From positions 1,500,001-1,532,000 of the forward strand of contig NC_015913.1 in assembly GCF_000270205.1 (NCBI RefSeq): 32,000 nucleotides of DNA, given 5' to 3'. The position numbers and the translations under genes were made by a program. Under the pieces are notes generated by a model. The model was not told where the DNA came from, made no database searches, and worked only from the letters and a program-made list of their open reading frames with translations. Shown in pieces: positions 11,663 to 21,450 of this stretch (the first letter of the stretch is position 1; every line of letters begins with the position of its first letter). The stretch comes from Candidatus Arthromitus sp. SFB-mouse-Japan (GTDB lineage: Bacteria > Bacillota > Clostridia > Clostridiales > Clostridiaceae).

Positions 11663-14600
11663 CTAATAGTCATTATCAGAAATGAATTCTTCGGCATTCA
11701 TAATATCTTCTGTTAATAACACATCATCAAATTCATCTTCATCTTCATCTTCATGATAATCAGAAATTTCTGACTCAGGCGGCAACTCTCTAGCATCATC
11801 ATATTTAATAGAATCTTCAAAAGATACATCTATATCATTCATTTCATCTTCTAGAGTCTCTTTAATTTCTATTTCTTCATAATTTTCATTCAAGACTTTT
11901 ATATTCAAACATAAAGCTTGTAATTCCTTTATTAAAACCTTAAATGATTCTGGGACACCCGGCTCGGGTATATTTTCACCCTTAACAATTGCTTCATATG
12001 TCTTAACCCTACCAACAATATCATCAGATTTAACAGTAAGTATCTCTTGTAACATATGAGCTGCACCATATGCCTCTAATGCCCAAACTTCCATCTCCCC
12101 AAATCTTTGTCCTCCAAATTGTGCCTTACCTCCAAGCGGCTGCTGAGTTACTAGAGAATATGGTCCCGTAGATCTTGCATGTATCTTATCATCAACTAAA
12201 TGAGCTAACTTTAATATATACATATAGCCAACAGTAACACGATTATCAAATGGTTCGCCAGTTCTTCCATCATAAAGTGTTAACTTACCATCCCTATCAA
12301 ATCCAGCATTCTCTAAACATTCTTCAATTTCCTCTTTCGTGGCCCCATTAAATACAGGTGTTGCAACATGCCATCCTTGAGCACTCGCAGCAAGACCCAA
12401 ATGAACTTCTAAAACTTGACCTATATTCATACGGCTAGGCACTCCAAGTGGATTTAAACAAATTTGAAGTGGCGTTCCATCAGGTAAAAACGGCATATCT
12501 TCTTCTGGTAAAACCCTGGAAATGACTCCCTTATTTCCGTGACGCCCCGCCATTTTATCACCAACTGATATTTTTCTCTTCTGAGCTATATAACATCTAA
12601 CTAATTGATTAACTCCTGGAGGTAATTCATCACCATTTTCACGAGTAAATATTTTTACATCAACTATTATTCCTTGCTCACCATGAGGAACTTTTAAAGA
12701 AGTATCTCTAACCTCCCTAGCTTTCTCGCCAAAAATAGCACGTAAAAGTCTTTCTTCCGCAGTAAGTTCAGTTTCACCCTTAGGTGTTACCTTACCTACA
12801 AGAATATCACCTGTCCTAACCTCTGCTCCTATCTTTATTATACCATTTGAATCTAAATCTTTTATAGCGTCTTCACCCACATTAGGTATATCACGAGTTA
12901 TTTCTTCCGGACCCAACTTTGTATCGCGTGAATCACATTCATATTCTTCTATATGTATAGATGTAAACACATCATCTCTAACAAGCTGTTCAGATATGAG
13001 CATTGCATCTTCATAATTGTATCCTTCCCAAGTTATAAAACCTATCTTTATATTTTTACCTAAAGCAATTTCTCCAAGATCTGTAGACGGTCCATCTGCT
13101 AAAACAGTTCCTTCTTCTACAAAATCCCCCCTATTAACAATAGGTTTCTGATTAATACATGTACCTTGATTAGATCTCTTAAACTTAAGAAGCTTATATG
13201 TATCTATTTTATTATCCAGCTCCCTCCTTACTCTTATTTCTTGAGCACTTACATAGCATACCATTCCAGCTTTCTTAGCTTTAACTAAAACACCCGAATC
13301 TATAGCAGCCTTATATTCTATTCCAGTCCCAACTATCGGTGCACTAGCCTTAAGTAATGGAACAGCTTGACGTTGCATATTAGATCCCATAAGTGCTCTA
13401 GTGGCATCATCATTTTCTAAAAAAGGAATCATGGAAGTTGCAACAGATACAATTTGTCTTGGAGATATATCTAGATAATCAACCTTATCTGATGATACTA
13501 AAAGCATACCCTCTTTACTTCTAACAACGATCCTAGAATTTAGAAATTCTCCTTCACTGGAAATAAGCTCATTAGATTGAGCTATCAAATATTGATCTTC
13601 TTCATCAGCTGTCATATATATAATTTCATTTGTAACCTTACCAGTATCCTTATCAACTTTCCTATAAGGAGTTTCTATAAATCCATAATTATTAACCTTA
13701 GCATAAGTTGCAAGTGAATTTATAAGCCCTATATTAGGTCCCTCAGGAGTCTCTATAGGACACATTCTCCCATAATGCGAATTATGAACATCCCTTACTT
13801 CGAACCCAGCTCTATCTCTAGATAATCCTCCAGGACCTAGAGCAGATAACCTCCTTTTATTAGTAAGTTCAGATAACGGATTAGTTTGATCCATAAATTG
13901 CGATAGCTGCGAACTCCCAAAAAATTCTTTAACAGCAGCTGCAACAGGTCTAATATTAATAAGATTTTGGGGAGTTATCATTTCAGGTTCGATAGACATC
14001 ATTCTTTCTTTTATATTTCTTTCCATTCTGACCAAACCAACTCTAAATTGATTTTGCAAAAGTTCTCCAACAGATCTAAGTCTTCTATTTCCTAAATGAT
14101 CTATATCATCTTCATATCCAATACCATTATTAAGTCCGAGTATATAACTTATAATTGAAAAAATATCATCTGTGGTTATATACTTTGGTATTAAATCATG
14201 TATATTCTTAATTAATTCTTTCTTAATTTCATCACTTGAGGAACAATTATCAAGTACAGATCTAAGAACAGGATAATAAACGTAATCATTAATGCCAACG
14301 TCACTCAAATCAAAATCTACAAATTCTTTTATATTAACCCAATTATTCCCAACAACCTTAACACACTTATCATTTATTAATAAATCCATAAAATTTATAC
14401 CTGAATTTTGAATTCTATAACTACTCTCTACAGTTATTTTTTCTCCTTTTTCAACTAATATTTCCCCTGTTATAGGATCAAAAACATCGTTAAATGCGAT
14501 ATGATTGACAATCCTATTCCTCAATGATAATTTTTTATTAAACTTGTATCTACCAACTTTTGATAAATCATATTTCTTAGGATCAAAAAAATATTGATCT

Positions 14601-15364
14601 ATTAAATTTTTAGCACTTTCAGGTGTAGCTGGTTCTGATGGTTTTAACTTGTCATATATTTTTATAAGGGCCTGTTCCTGATTTTCAGAATCATCCTTAT
14701 TTAAAGTATTTTGCAAACGTTCATCATTACCAAAATAATTTATAATATCTTCAGAAGATGATATACCCAGAGCCTTTATAAACCAAGTTACATATAACTT
14801 TTTTTGTTTATCAATTCTAACATACAACACCTCATTAGAATCAGTTTCATATTCAAGCCAAGCACCTCGATTGGGTATAACACTCGATGAAAATAATTTT
14901 TTACCATTTTTATCAACTTCATAATTATAGTATACTCCTGGAGATCTGACTAATTGACTAACTATTACACGTTCAGCTCCATTAATAATAAAAGTTCCTT
15001 GAGGCGTCATTCTTGGCAAATCTCCCATAAAAACTTCTTGTTCTTTAAGCTCCCCAGTATCTAAATTTTGTAACCTAACCTTAACCTTCAATGGAGCGGC
15101 ATATATAGCATCTCTTTCTTTACATTCTTCCATGTTGTATTTAGTAGAAGCAATATCTAATTTAAAATCAATAAATTCTAATATATGTTTACCATTGAAA
15201 CTTTTTATAGGATTTACATCCGCAAAAACTTCTAATAATCCTTCTTTCAAAAACCATTCATAAGAATTTAACTGAACCTCTATAAGATTCGGCATATCAA
15301 TTATATCTTTAACTTTGCCGAAACTCATTCTAGTTCTTTTACCTACCTTAAGAGGATATATCAT
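11663..15364 (-). CDS. rpoB: DNA-directed RNA polymerase subunit beta (start trimmed)
   Basis: [17 protein letters not shown]...; contains the GRHGNKG motif and rif cluster [33 protein letters not shown]. The ATG at 15364 has AAGGAG 8 nt upstream; the track start at 15373 is a GTG inside the SD. About 70 aa of acidic C-terminal tail. Confidence 0.99.
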   Translation of the reverse strand: MIYPLKVGKRTRMSFGKVKDIIDMPNLIEVQLNSYEWFLKEGLLEVFADVNPIKSFNGKHILEFIDFKLDIASTKYNMEECKERDAIYAAPLKVKVRLQNLDTGELKEQEVFMGDLPRMTPQGTFIINGAERVIVSQLVRSPGVYYNYEVDKNGKKLFSSSVIPNRGAWLEYETDSNEVLYVRIDKQKKLYVTWFIKALGISSSEDIINYFGNDERLQNTLNKDDSENQEQALIKIYDKLKPSEPATPESAKNLIDQYFFDPKKYDLSKVGRYKFNKKLSLRNRIVNHIAFNDVFDPITGEILVEKGEKITVESSYRIQNSGINFMDLLINDKCVKVVGNNWVNIKEFVDFDLSDVGINDYVYYPVLRSVLDNCSSSDEIKKELIKNIHDLIPKYITTDDIFSIISYILGLNNGIGYEDDIDHLGNRRLRSVGELLQNQFRVGLVRMERNIKERMMSIEPEMITPQNLINIRPVAAAVKEFFGSSQLSQFMDQTNPLSELTNKRRLSALGPGGLSRDRAGFEVRDVHNSHYGRMCPIETPEGPNIGLINSLATYAKVNNYGFIETPYRKVDKDTGKVTNEIIYMTADEEDQYLIAQSNELISSEGEFLNSRIVVRSKEGMLLVSSDKVDYLDISPRQIVSVATSMIPFLENDDATRALMGSNMQRQAVPLLKASAPIVGTGIEYKAAIDSGVLVKAKKAGMVCYVSAQEIRVRRELDNKIDTYKLLKFKRSNQGTCINQKPIVNRGDFVEEGTVLADGPSTDLGEIALGKNIKIGFITWEGYNYEDAMLISEQLVRDDVFTSIHIEEYECDSRDTKLGPEEITRDIPNVGEDAIKDLDSNGIIKIGAEVRTGDILVGKVTPKGETELTAEERLLRAIFGEKAREVRDTSLKVPHGEQGIIVDVKIFTRENGDELPPGVNQLVRCYIAQKRKISVGDKMAGRHGNKGVISRVLPEEDMPFLPDGTPLQICLNPLGVPSRMNIGQVLEVHLGLAASAQGWHVATPVFNGATKEEIEECLENAGFDRDGKLTLYDGRTGEPFDNRVTVGYMYILKLAHLVDDKIHARSTGPYSLVTQQPLGGKAQFGGQRFGEMEVWALEAYGAAHMLQEILTVKSDDIVGRVKTYEAIVKGENIPEPGVPESFKVLIKELQALCLNIKVLNENYEEIEIKETLEDEMNDIDVSFEDSIKYDDARELPPESEISDYHEDEDEDEFDDVLLTEDIMNAEEFISDNDY

Positions 15365-15564
15365 GAATTTCACTCCTTATTTTCAAGTAAAATCACGTAA
15401 ATTTATTTTAAATTACAAACACTTACACTTAACAAATTTCTATAGTACTATATAAAAAATAATAAAAATATATCTTTATTAATATTTCTACCAACTTTAA
15501 ATATAAATTTACACATAAAATAATAATAAAACATATAAAATCAGACATTTATATACATTTTAAG

Positions 15565-15593
15565 ATAGTACCACATATATCTCGCTTAGTCAA
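15565..15593 (-). promoter_or_regulatory. Candidate sigma-A promoter for rpoB-rpoC: TTGACT, 17-nt spacer, TGgTACTAT
   Basis: On the minus strand, -35 TTGACT (15593..15588), a 17-nt spacer ending in TGg (extended -10), then -10 TACTAT (15570..15565). It lies immediately downstream of the rplL terminator and leaves a 5' leader of roughly 190-200 nt. Confidence 0.55.
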
Positions 15594-15617
15594 CCAAACA
15601 AAATCAATAACATATGA

Positions 15618-15651
15618 AATTAGGAGAGGGCGAAAACACCCTCTCCTAATT
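15618..15651 (-). terminator. Rho-independent terminator/attenuator after rplL
   Basis: 13-bp perfect stem with a GC-rich core, aattaggagaggg (15618..15630) paired with ccctctcctaatt (15639..15651), and an 8-nt loop. It begins 12 nt after the rplL stop and a U-containing tract follows on the minus strand. Confidence 0.7.
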
Positions 15652-15663
15652 TCAATAATATCA

Positions 15664-16023
15664 TTATTTCAATTCAACAGTAGCTCCAACTTCATCTAGT
15701 TGTGACTTAATTTTCTCAGCTTCATCCTTAGAAACAGCTTCTTTTAACGTTTTTGGAGCTCCATCAACTATCTCTTTAGCCTCTTTAAGACCAAGTCCAC
15801 ATATTTCTTTCACAACCTTCACAACTTTCAATTTTTCTGATCCAGCATTAGAAAGTACAACATCAAATTCTGTCTTTTCCTCAGACGAATCAGCAACACT
15901 AGTTCCTACTATTACAGGAGCAGAAGCACTAACACCAAACTCTTCTTCACACATTTTTACTAAATCATTTAAATCTAACACACTCATATTTTTTATTGCT
16001 TCAATTATCTGTTCTTTATCCAT
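15664..16023 (-). CDS. rplL: 50S ribosomal protein L7/L12 (start trimmed)
   Basis: [23 protein letters not shown]...[39 protein letters not shown] is a canonical L7/L12. The ATG at 16023 lies 9 nt after AGGAGGA; the track ATG at 16032 abuts the SD. Confidence 0.96.
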   Translation of the reverse strand: MDKEQIIEAIKNMSVLDLNDLVKMCEEEFGVSASAPVIVGTSVADSSEEKTEFDVVLSNAGSEKLKVVKVVKEICGLGLKEAKEIVDGAPKTLKEAVSKDEAEKIKSQLDEVGATVELK

Positions 16024-16047
16024 AAATATCATTCCTCCTAAAATAAA

Positions 16048-16545
16048 TCAATTTTCACTATCTTTTTTATCTTTTATAGCATTAAATACGTATACAAAAT
16101 TTAAAACTGGCGATTTTATACTGCCAAGTAATTTTGATATGAGTATCTCCTTTGAAGGTATATTAGCAAGTTTCTGAAGCTTTTCTTTATCATAGTATTC
16201 ACTTTCAACTACACCAACTTTAAAAGAAAATTTTTCCAATTTTTCAGAAAACTCACTTAAAATTTTAGCCGGTGCTATGATATCTCCATAACTAAATGCT
16301 ATAGATGTAGTTCCTTCCAAATGTTCCAATAAAAAATCATACCCTAATTCTTCAGCTACAATTTTGACTAATCTATTTTTATATACCTTATATTCAAGAT
16401 CTAAATCTCTCATTTTTTTTCTTAATTTAGTATCTTGCTCCACATTTATTCCTTGATAATTTACTAAAATTATAGACTTAGCTCTTTGAAATTTTTCCCT
16501 AATTTCACTTACTTTTTCAACTTTCTTTAACATATTTTTTGTCAA
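16048..16545 (-). CDS. rplJ: 50S ribosomal protein L10 (start uncertain: TTG at 16545 preferred; GTG at 16554 and ATG at 16533 are alternatives)
   Basis: ...KKVEKVSEIREKFQRAKSIILVNYQGINVEQDTKLRKKMR...YKVYKN matches the L10 N-terminal domain. A GGGGG SD lies at 16556..16560. It is 1 nt from the GTG (too close), 10 nt from the TTG and 22 nt from the ATG. Confidence 0.93.
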   Translation of the reverse strand: MTKNMLKKVEKVSEIREKFQRAKSIILVNYQGINVEQDTKLRKKMRDLDLEYKVYKNRLVKIVAEELGYDFLLEHLEGTTSIAFSYGDIIAPAKILSEFSEKLEKFSFKVGVVESEYYDKEKLQKLANIPSKEILISKLLGSIKSPVLNFVYVFNAIKDKKDSEN

Positions 16546-16554
16546 GTTAATCAC

Positions 16555-16707
16555 ACCCCCTTATATAAAAATAAAGCTCCTCTAAATTATTTAAGAGAAA
16601 CCTTTGCAATCAAAATCATATAAATGCAATAACATAAATACAAACTTTCTCCTAAATAGGCGCATAAACATTATCCAATTTTTAAAACTAGACCTATTAT
16701 CTCTGGA
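16555..16707 (-). promoter_or_regulatory. 153-nt rplA-rplJ intergenic region, the likely L10(L12)4 autoregulatory leader
   Basis: Position only. In Firmicutes the region upstream of rplJ carries the ribosomal-protein L10 leader. I could not confidently fold it or recognise the conserved motif by eye. Confidence 0.35.
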
Positions 16708-17394
16708 TTAACTTATTTTTGAAATATTTATTCTTAACGCAGGACTCATAGTGCTACAAACTGATATACTTTTTATATACTGCCCTTTAGTTGAAACTGG
16801 TTTAGATTTTATTATAGCTGACATTATAGTATTAAAATTTTCTAGTAAAGATTCAACAGAAAAAGTTTTTTTACCAATACCAACATGTATTATAGCTGTT
16901 TTATCTATCCTATATTCTACTTTACCTGCTTTTATTTCCGAAACAGTCTTACTAATATCAAAAGTTACTGTTCCAGATTTAGGATTTGGCATTAATCCTT
17001 TTGGACCTAACAATTTTCCAATCCGTCCAACTACACCCATCATATCTGGAGTAGCAACTATTATATCAAAATCAAACCAATTTTCATTTTGTATCTTATT
17101 AACTAATTCATGATCTCCAACATAATCAGCTCCAGCATCTACAGCTTCTTTCGCCTTATCTCCCTTAGCAAAAACTAATATCTTTATATCCTTCCCTGTC
17201 CCATTAGGTAACAATACTGTACCTCTAACTTGCTGATCTGCATGTCTAGGATCGACTCCTAATTTTACATGTAATTCCACCGTTTCGTTAAATTTAGCTT
17301 TAGATATCTTAGATAAAACCTCAAAAGCTTCTTTTGGATTATAAAAATTATTTCTATCAATCAATTTTATACTTTCTAAATAATTCTTACCCAT
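16708..17394 (-). CDS. rplA: 50S ribosomal protein L1 (start trimmed)
   Basis: [13 protein letters not shown]...[30 protein letters not shown]...[31 protein letters not shown] is a canonical L1. The ATG at 17394 lies 6 nt after GGGAGGTG; the track start is the GTG inside the SD. Confidence 0.96.
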   Translation of the reverse strand: MGKNYLESIKLIDRNNFYNPKEAFEVLSKISKAKFNETVELHVKLGVDPRHADQQVRGTVLLPNGTGKDIKILVFAKGDKAKEAVDAGADYVGDHELVNKIQNENWFDFDIIVATPDMMGVVGRIGKLLGPKGLMPNPKSGTVTFDISKTVSEIKAGKVEYRIDKTAIIHVGIGKKTFSVESLLENFNTIMSAIIKSKPVSTKGQYIKSISVCSTMSPALRINISKIS

Positions 17395-17413
17395 GCTATA
17401 CACCTCCCTCTAA

Positions 17414-17842
17414 CTAATTATTTTCTACCTCTATACCCATGCTCCTAGCAGTACCACATATCATATCCATAGCTGAATCAATATTAGATGCATTTAAGTC
17501 ATCGAATTTCAACTCAGCAATCTCCCTAACTTTATTAATACTAATCTTTCCAATTTTAGATTTATTAGGCTCTGAAGAACCCTTCTCAAGACCTAGAGCT
17601 TTCATAAGCAACACAGCTGCAGGGGGGGTCTTCATTATAAAACTAAACGATTTATCTTGATACACAGAAATAACTACTGGTATTATCAATCCAGATTTAT
17701 CTGCAGTCTTAGCATTAAACTCTTTACAAAATGCCATTATATTAACACCATGCTGACCCAAAGCAGGACCCACAGGTGGTGCTGGAGTTGCTTTTCCTGC
17801 AGGTAATTGTAATTTTATCATACCTACTATTTTTTTAGCCAT
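17414..17842 (-). CDS. rplK: 50S ribosomal protein L11
   Basis: 142 aa, [43 protein letters not shown] is a canonical L11. AGGAGAGGTG lies upstream. Confidence 0.97.
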   Translation of the reverse strand: MAKKIVGMIKLQLPAGKATPAPPVGPALGQHGVNIMAFCKEFNAKTADKSGLIIPVVISVYQDKSFSFIMKTPPAAVLLMKALGLEKGSSEPNKSKIGKISINKVREIAELKFDDLNASNIDSAMDMICGTARSMGIEVENN

Positions 17843-17868
17843 AATTCACCTCTCCTATAATTATAGTT

Positions 17869-18393
17869 TCATAATCTATCTAATTGACAAAAATCTATCT
17901 CCACAATATTATTGCCAATAACATCTATACTTGCTTTTATTCTTTTATTTTTATTATCAACTTCCCTTATTACAACATATTTACCTTTTAAAATTCCAGA
18001 TTTAATTTTAACACTATTCCCAACCTTATATAAATCATCCTGATTTTCAGCTACATACGATTCTATAAATCTTATTTCTTCTTGATCTAACGGAACAGCT
18101 TCCTTGCCTGTAGGTCCTACAAATCCTGTAACTCCTCTTATATTGCGCACTCTATACCACATTTCATCACTCATTATCATTTTTACAAATACATATCCTG
18201 GATAAACTTTTTTAGACACTTTTTTAATCTTATTACCACTTTTTTCTATAGTTTCATGTGTTGGCACAACTATTTCTAATATATAATCGTGTAAACTATT
18301 GCTTTCAATCAATTTCTCCAAGCTATTTTTAACCTTATTTTCATATCCTGAATAAGTATGTAAAACGTACCAATTGGATAATACAGTGCTCAT
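17869..18393 (-). CDS. nusG: Transcription termination/antitermination factor NusG
   Basis: 174 aa with the NGN motif WYVLHTYSGYENKV and a C-terminal KOW domain (GNSVKIKSGILKGKYVVIREV). AAGGAGA lies upstream. It occupies the conserved secE-nusG-rplK position. Confidence 0.96.
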   Translation of the reverse strand: MSTVLSNWYVLHTYSGYENKVKNSLEKLIESNSLHDYILEIVVPTHETIEKSGNKIKKVSKKVYPGYVFVKMIMSDEMWYRVRNIRGVTGFVGPTGKEAVPLDQEEIRFIESYVAENQDDLYKVGNSVKIKSGILKGKYVVIREVDNKNKRIKASIDVIGNNIVEIDFCQLDRL

Positions 18394-18414
18394 AGATATT
18401 CTCCTTAAAATTTA

Positions 18415-18609
18415 TCACTTAAACAATAAATCAAAAACTTTCTTCAATATTAAATCAAAAAAACCTATATAAACTATATACAAGAAAACAAATATCAAAA
18501 CAATACCAGTGGTACTTTTGAATTCCTTAGATTTAGGCCAAGTAATAATTTTAAATTCATTAACAATTCCAGAAAATAAATTCTCTTTTTTGTTTTTTCT
18601 ATTACTCAA
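18415..18609 (-). CDS. secE: Preprotein translocase subunit SecE
   Basis: 64 aa with a basic N-terminus, the ...EFKIITWPKSKEF motif and a single C-terminal TM helix (GIVLIFVFLYIVYIGFF). TTG start 5 nt after GGGAGGG. Synteny between rpmG and nusG. Confidence 0.9.
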   Translation of the reverse strand: MSNRKNKKENLFSGIVNEFKIITWPKSKEFKSTTGIVLIFVFLYIVYIGFFDLILKKVFDLLFK

Positions 18610-18629
18610 CTAAAACCCTCCCTACACTT

Positions 18630-18779
18630 CTATTTTGTTTCCTTATGAAATACATACTCTTTACAAAACTTACAATATTTTTTCAATTCTATCCTCTCAG
18701 GATCATTTTTTTTATTCTTAACCGTATTATAATTTCGTTGCCTACACACGCTACAAGCTAGTATTACATTAATCCTCAT
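18630..18779 (-). CDS. rpmG: 50S ribosomal protein L33 (not in the ORF track; 49 aa)
   Basis: Hand translation gives [49 protein letters not shown], with the CxxC...CxxC zinc ribbon and NYxTxKNKKN motif of L33. ATG at 18779, TAG stop at 18632..18630, GGGGGTG upstream. Confidence 0.92.
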   Translation of the reverse strand: MRINVILACSVCRQRNYNTVKNKKNDPERIELKKYCKFCKEYVFHKETK

Positions 18780-18812
18780 TAAATACGCACCCCCAAACTT
18801 CAACTGTAGTTT

Positions 18813-18841
18813 AAAGTATCATATATAATTTTATTTGTCAA
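18813..18841 (-). promoter_or_regulatory. Candidate promoter for rpmG-secE-nusG-rplK-rplA: TTGACA, 17-nt spacer, TGaTACTTT
   Basis: On the minus strand, a perfect -35 TTGACA (18841..18836), a 17-nt spacer ending in TGa, then a weak -10 TACTTT (18818..18813). It lies directly after the tuf copy 2 terminator. Confidence 0.4.
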
Positions 18842-18843
18842 TA

Positions 18844-18873
18844 AGATCGTGAGTAAATATCTACTCACGATCT
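18844..18873 (-). terminator. Rho-independent terminator downstream of tuf copy 2
   Basis: 12-bp perfect stem, agatcgtgagta (18844..18855) paired with tactcacgatct (18862..18873), with a 6-nt loop. It starts 11 nt after the tuf stop. The trailing U tract is weak (uauug). Confidence 0.6.
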
Positions 18874-18878
18874 CAAAA

Positions 18879-20094
18879 ATAAAACTATTTATTTATTTTT
18901 GAAACAACCCCAGATCCTACTGTTCTTCCACCTTCTCTTATGGCAAACCTTAATCCCTCATCCATAGCTATCGGAGTTATCAATTCAACCTCCATATCTA
19001 TATGATCTCCTGGCATAACCATCTCTTTTCCTTCTGGTAATTTTATATTACCTGTAACATCTGTCGTTCTAAAATAAAATTGTGGTCTATATCCATCAAA
19101 AAATGGCTTATGTCTACCACCCTCTTCTTTCTTAAGAACATATACTTGACCTATAAAATTTGTATGTGGATTTACTGTCCCAGGTTTAGCTAATACCTGA
19201 CCTCTCTCTATATCAGACCTCTGAATCCCCCTTAACAACGCACCTATATTATCTCCTGCTTGAGCTTCATCTAATAATTTCCTAAACATTTCTATCCCAG
19301 TAATTACTGTCTTGCTCTTTTCTTCTTTCAATCCTATTATTTCTACTTCCTCTTGCACCTTCAATACACCAGTCTCTACTCTTCCAGTAGCTACTGTTCC
19401 TCTTCCTGTTATAGTAAACACATCCTCAACCGGCATTAAAAAAGGCTTATCCGTAGCTCTCTCAGGCGTAGGAATATAGCTATCTACGGCATCCATTAAC
19501 TCCATTATACAAGCTGTAGCATCCGTATCAGTAGGATTCTCTAACGCCTTTAATGCTGATCCCTTTATAATAGGTGTATCATCCCCAGGAAATTTATACT
19601 CATTTAATAAATCCCTTACTTCCATCTCTACTAATTCCAATAACTCTTCATCATCAACCATATCAGCTTTATTTAAAAACACTACTATATAATCAACTCC
19701 TACTCTAGAAGCCAACAATATATGTTCTCTTGTCTGTGGCATAGGTCCATCAGCTGCAGATACAACCAATATCGCACCATCCATTTGAGCAGCTCCAGTT
19801 ATCATATTCTTAACATAATCAGCATGCCCCGGACAATCAACATGTGCATAATGCCTTCCATCCGTCTCATACTCAACATGCGCTGTATTTATCGTTATAC
19901 CTCTCTCTTTCTCCTCCGGAGCCTTATCTATCTCGTCATATTTAAATGCTTCAGCATATCCTTTGTTTGCTAATACTGTCGTTATAGCCGCTGTCAATGT
20001 AGTCTTACCATGATCAACATGTCCTATCGTCCCTATATTAACATGCGGTTTATTCCTCTCAAATTTAGCTTTTGACATCTCTATAAATACCTCC
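18879..20094. repeat. Copy B of the 1216-bp perfect direct repeat
   Basis: Same comparison as for copy A. The flanks (promoter, leader and terminator) are unrelated to those of copy A. Confidence 0.95.
18885..20078 (-). CDS. tuf: Elongation factor Tu, copy 2 (start trimmed)
   Basis: 397 aa, identical to copy 1 at both protein and nucleotide level. The ATG at 20078 has the same GGAGGT RBS. The track start at 20096 lies beyond the duplicated segment and overlaps the SD. Confidence 0.99.
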   Translation of the reverse strand: MSKAKFERNKPHVNIGTIGHVDHGKTTLTAAITTVLANKGYAEAFKYDEIDKAPEEKERGITINTAHVEYETDGRHYAHVDCPGHADYVKNMITGAAQMDGAILVVSAADGPMPQTREHILLASRVGVDYIVVFLNKADMVDDEELLELVEMEVRDLLNEYKFPGDDTPIIKGSALKALENPTDTDATACIMELMDAVDSYIPTPERATDKPFLMPVEDVFTITGRGTVATGRVETGVLKVQEEVEIIGLKEEKSKTVITGIEMFRKLLDEAQAGDNIGALLRGIQRSDIERGQVLAKPGTVNPHTNFIGQVYVLKKEEGGRHKPFFDGYRPQFYFRTTDVTGNIKLPEGKEMVMPGDHIDMEVELITPIAMDEGLRFAIREGGRTVGSGVVSKINK

Positions 20095-20181
20095 ATCTAT
20101 TTAGGACTCATTAGTAGAATTTATGCAATAATATTAAAAATCGCAATATATCACTAAATTACATGAATATTACTTAAATAA

Positions 20182-20210
20182 ATTTTAATCTATTTAAAAA
20201 TAAGTGTCAA
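20182..20210 (-). promoter_or_regulatory. Candidate sigma-A promoter of tuf copy 2: TTGACA, 17-nt spacer, TAAAAT
   Basis: On the minus strand, a perfect -35 TTGACA (20210..20205), exactly 17 nt, then -10 TAAAAT (20187..20182). It lies about 100 nt upstream of the tuf ATG. Confidence 0.6.
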
Positions 20211-20217
20211 CACACTT
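20202..20217 (-). terminator. Weak hairpin after sigH, a possible terminator that overlaps the tuf copy 2 -35 element
   Basis: 6-bp stem, aagtgt (20202..20207) paired with acactt (20212..20217), with a 4-nt loop. On the minus strand auuuuuaaa follows. The stem is short. Confidence 0.3.
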
Positions 20218-20240
20218 AATCTTTATATTAATTAATTTAT

Positions 20241-20882
20241 TTAATCTTTATTAAAGCATTTTATTAATTTCCTCTTTATTCGTTGTATTGCGTTATCTAT
20301 AGATTTAGGTTGTCGATCCAATAAATATGCAATTTGCTGATAACTCCTACCTATAATGTAATAATGTAAAACTACCTTTTCATATTTAGATAAATTCCTT
20401 AAAACATGTCTTTCTATCTCACTTATTTGTTCCTTATCAACAAATAAATCCTCTGGATCAGATATTTTTAATGATTCAGTAATATCTAATAATGTTTTAT
20501 CAGATTCATCATCATAAATAGGTTTATTTAAAGATATATATGTATTCAGTGGTATATGTTTTTGCCTAGTGGCAGTTTTTATAGCTGTAATAATTTGTCT
20601 AGTTATACAAAGTTCGGCAAAGCATTTAAAACTAGATAATTTATCACTATTATAATCTCTAATAGCTTTATATAATCCGATTAATCCCTCTTGATATATA
20701 TCTTCCTTATCTGCCCCTATAAGGAAGTAAGATTTTGATTTCAACTGTATAAATTTCTTATATTTATTAATAAGTATCTCTATCGCCTTACTATCACCTT
20801 GCTTAGCTTTATCTAAAATAAATTCCTCTTCTATATCATAATTACCATTCAAACCATCTATATCAAACGAGCTATTAATCAT
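20241..20882 (-). CDS. sigH: RNA polymerase sigma factor SigH (Spo0H-type, sigma-70 family)
   Basis: 213 aa with region 2 DIYQEGLIGLYKAIRDYN and a region 4 HTH SYQQIAYLLDRQPKSIDNAIQRIKRKL. It occupies the conserved position after rlmB-yacP and before rpmG/secE/nusG. AGAGGTGA RBS. Confidence 0.88.
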   Translation of the reverse strand: MINSSFDIDGLNGNYDIEEEFILDKAKQGDSKAIEILINKYKKFIQLKSKSYFLIGADKEDIYQEGLIGLYKAIRDYNSDKLSSFKCFAELCITRQIITAIKTATRQKHIPLNTYISLNKPIYDDESDKTLLDITESLKISDPEDLFVDKEQISEIERHVLRNLSKYEKVVLHYYIIGRSYQQIAYLLDRQPKSIDNAIQRIKRKLIKCFNKD

Positions 20883-20898
20883 CTATTCACCTCTTAAG

Positions 20899-21450
20899 TC
20901 ACTTAATCCTTCTCATATTTTCTAATTTTTGTAAAATATTATCATCTAAATTATCAATAAGTAAAAAACCTGAGTTTTTATGATTATTTTTAGTTATTTG
21001 CTTATTTATTTTTTTATCAATTCTATATACATCATTGTAAAACTCTAAACAAGACATTCTATAAGCACCTCTCTGAAAAATAATTTGCTGTTCCATATAG
21101 TCCGAGGTAACTACTATAATTTCTACTTTTTTGGCCATCTTATGTGCTATTCTCTCTATATAAGTATCTGCAAATTCATCTTTATTAGTATATATTATAC
21201 TTAAATTATCGGATATATCTATCTTTCTCTCATTTGTAGAATCAGAATTATAAGCATCAAATATTAAAAACACTCTGTATCCATTAAATAGAGCATAGCT
21301 TTCTACCATACTAATAAGTTTTTCTCTAACTATGCTAAAATCTAAATCCCTACTATTTTTAAAATTCGGCCATGAATTTATAACATTGTATGCATCAACA
21401 AAAATAATTTTCACCGTATCAATACCTGCTTTGAATATTTTTAATTTCAT
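20899..21450 (-). CDS. yacP: NYN-domain (YacP/Rae1-like) ribonuclease; start uncertain (ATG at 21450 overlaps rlmB by 32 nt; GTG at 21414 is an alternative)
   Basis: 183 aa, ...IIFVDAYNVINSW...VFLIFDAY...VVTSDYMEQQII resembles YacP/NYN. Synteny rlmB-yacP-sigH as in Bacillus. Confidence 0.8.
   Translation of the reverse strand: MKLKIFKAGIDTVKIIFVDAYNVINSWPNFKNSRDLDFSIVREKLISMVESYALFNGYRVFLIFDAYNSDSTNERKIDISDNLSIIYTNKDEFADTYIERIAHKMAKKVEIIVVTSDYMEQQIIFQRGAYRMSCLEFYNDVYRIDKKINKQITKNNHKNSGFLLIDNLDDNILQKLENMRRIK

Noticed and set aside
11663-11880. The highly acidic C-terminal extension of RpoB (...[32 protein letters not shown]), considered as a possible fused domain.
   Set aside because: Acidic, low-complexity C-terminal tails on beta subunits are common in Firmicutes. 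It shows no domain-like pattern and no frame change.
15429-15548. A 39-codon minus-strand ORF (MSDFICFIIILCVNLYLKLVEILIKIYFYYFLYSTIEIC) inside the rpoB leader, considered as a possible leader peptide or small membrane protein.
   Set aside because: It has no SD. It begins about 10 nt from the predicted transcription start. Its composition is what AT-rich non-coding sequence translates to. There is no support beyond an open frame.
18879-20094. The second tuf copy as a horizontally acquired or mobile-element-borne gene.
   Set aside because: It is nucleotide-identical to the resident copy. It has no flanking inverted repeats, target duplications or transposase/integrase genes. It also sits in the position known for the second tuf gene in Clostridia. 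Duplication maintained by gene conversion explains it.
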